From NCBI RefSeq assembly GCF_004010195.1, contig NC_057719.1, positions 29,916,423 through 29,980,422 on the forward strand: a stretch of 64,000 bases of DNA, written 5' to 3'. A program made the translations under genes and the position numbers. The notes beneath the pieces were generated by a model that saw nothing but the letters and a program-made list of their open reading frames with translations, did no database searches and was not told the origin of the DNA. Origin of the DNA: Chiloscyllium plagiosum (Eukaryota). Shown here one piece after another: positions 62,736-64,000 of this stretch; positions within the stretch are counted from its first letter, which is position 1, and each line of letters opens with the position of its first letter.

Positions 62736-64000
62736 GAATTCAAGTTAAATTCATAATTTAAATTGCAAATACGGAGAATAGGAGTTCCCAACTGCCTCCC
62801 TGAAAATTGTAATATTTTTGCTAAAAGGAAGAAGATTGGGCTGGCCACTCCTGTCTCATTGCCCTGCCCCAAATGCTCGTACTGCTGATGCATGGTTCAA
62901 GTCAAATATAAATGGCAACTGCCCAGCAGTTATGGGGTCATGACAGATTCGTGAACTAAATAAATACGAAGCAATGTATGCAGAGACTACATAAAATTGA
63001 CTTCTATTCCTTTCAGCAAAAGTGATTGAGGTATGATTTAATCAAAGTGGTTAAATTATTAGAAGGATTTGACTGTGGACATAAGGAGAATCTTTGTGGA
63101 AAAAAGGATACACATCTAAAATGTGATCCAGGTCATTCAGGAGCAAAATTTAGAAGCATTTATTTTCTGTATATAATGTTTAGCGCATGTTTGGTGCACT
63201 TCTTCACAGATCTGTGGTTTCTGGGTCAACTGAAGCATTAGAGGCTCAGATATTTCAAATTTCTTTGCTGTAACAAACCTTTGCTGGATCAAAGGTGCAG
63301 AATGGTTATTGAGATGTGAGCCATTACCAAACCTTTGGTTGGAATGCTATCTGAAGCTTGCTTGACTTGAATCATTGAATGGCACAGCACAGAAGGGAGC
63401 TGTACTGTTTTGATTGAGGCCCTCAGGTAATTACACATTCATGCTTTTTCCTTAGAGCCCTGTAAAATTTTATCTTTAAAGTATTTATCCAATGCCGTTC
63501 TGAAAGGTACTGCTTGGGGAGATTCAAAATCTGTGTGGAGCTGTTCATCCAATCAGAGATGGCACCTTCCCATGCTTGCTGTTGTAAAGTTCACAGACAA
63601 GTAACCTGTGAATGGGCAAACAGCGAGAAGGTGAGTAGCAGCCATGAGCTAGTCTCAGGGATGCTGGAGCTGGAGCTCAAGCCTGAGGAAGAGCGACTGG
63701 AGCCAGAAGGAGGGAGGCCAAAGCTGGTAAGAGAAGCAGGATGGCCTAATCCAAGAGGCAGATGATGATTCACCTGAGGAAGATAGGGCCTGTATAGTGT
63801 GATTTGTTGTGGGCCCCATATCCATTACAGATGGCCTAGATAGAAACATTTGCAGTATTCTGATTTATATATTAAAAAATATTTATTCTTAAATACCACA
63901 CAATCTTTCTGAATGTTGTGATCAAGAAGATAATGAAGTTGAAAGGAATATTGTGTCACAATGTGTCCCAAATATTGCCTTGGCTTTTGAAAGAGTAATG

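Overview
AT-rich, repeat-dense vertebrate intronic DNA. The HE1/V-SINE, HER1-like CR1 and Penelope-like repeat content points to a cartilaginous fish, probably a carpet shark (inference). The only host coding sequence is two large + strand, phase-1/phase-1 exons (21491-22165 and 26845-27657) encoding the acidic N-terminal region of an RTN1-A-like reticulon. Exon 1 and the reticulon-homology-domain exons were not found in the window. The rest is intron filled with decayed CR1, L2-like, RTE and Rex1/Babar LINEs, tRNA-derived SINEs and DNA-transposon relics. It also holds a decayed Gmr1-like Gypsy LTR element with integrase placed before RT, and a solo LTR of the same family. The most notable signal is at least three families of short Penelope-derived elements carrying minimal type I hammerhead ribozyme motifs (CUGANGA-stemII-GAAA-palindromic stem III-UH). 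Many are fold-back units bounded by 8-15 bp target-site duplications. About seven copies keep an intact core, all on the host sense strand. One composite has two direct-repeat hammerheads 784 nt apart, and in another copy the endonuclease ORF stop codon lies inside the ribozyme. All calls were made by eye; repeat boundaries are approximate unless TSDs are given.
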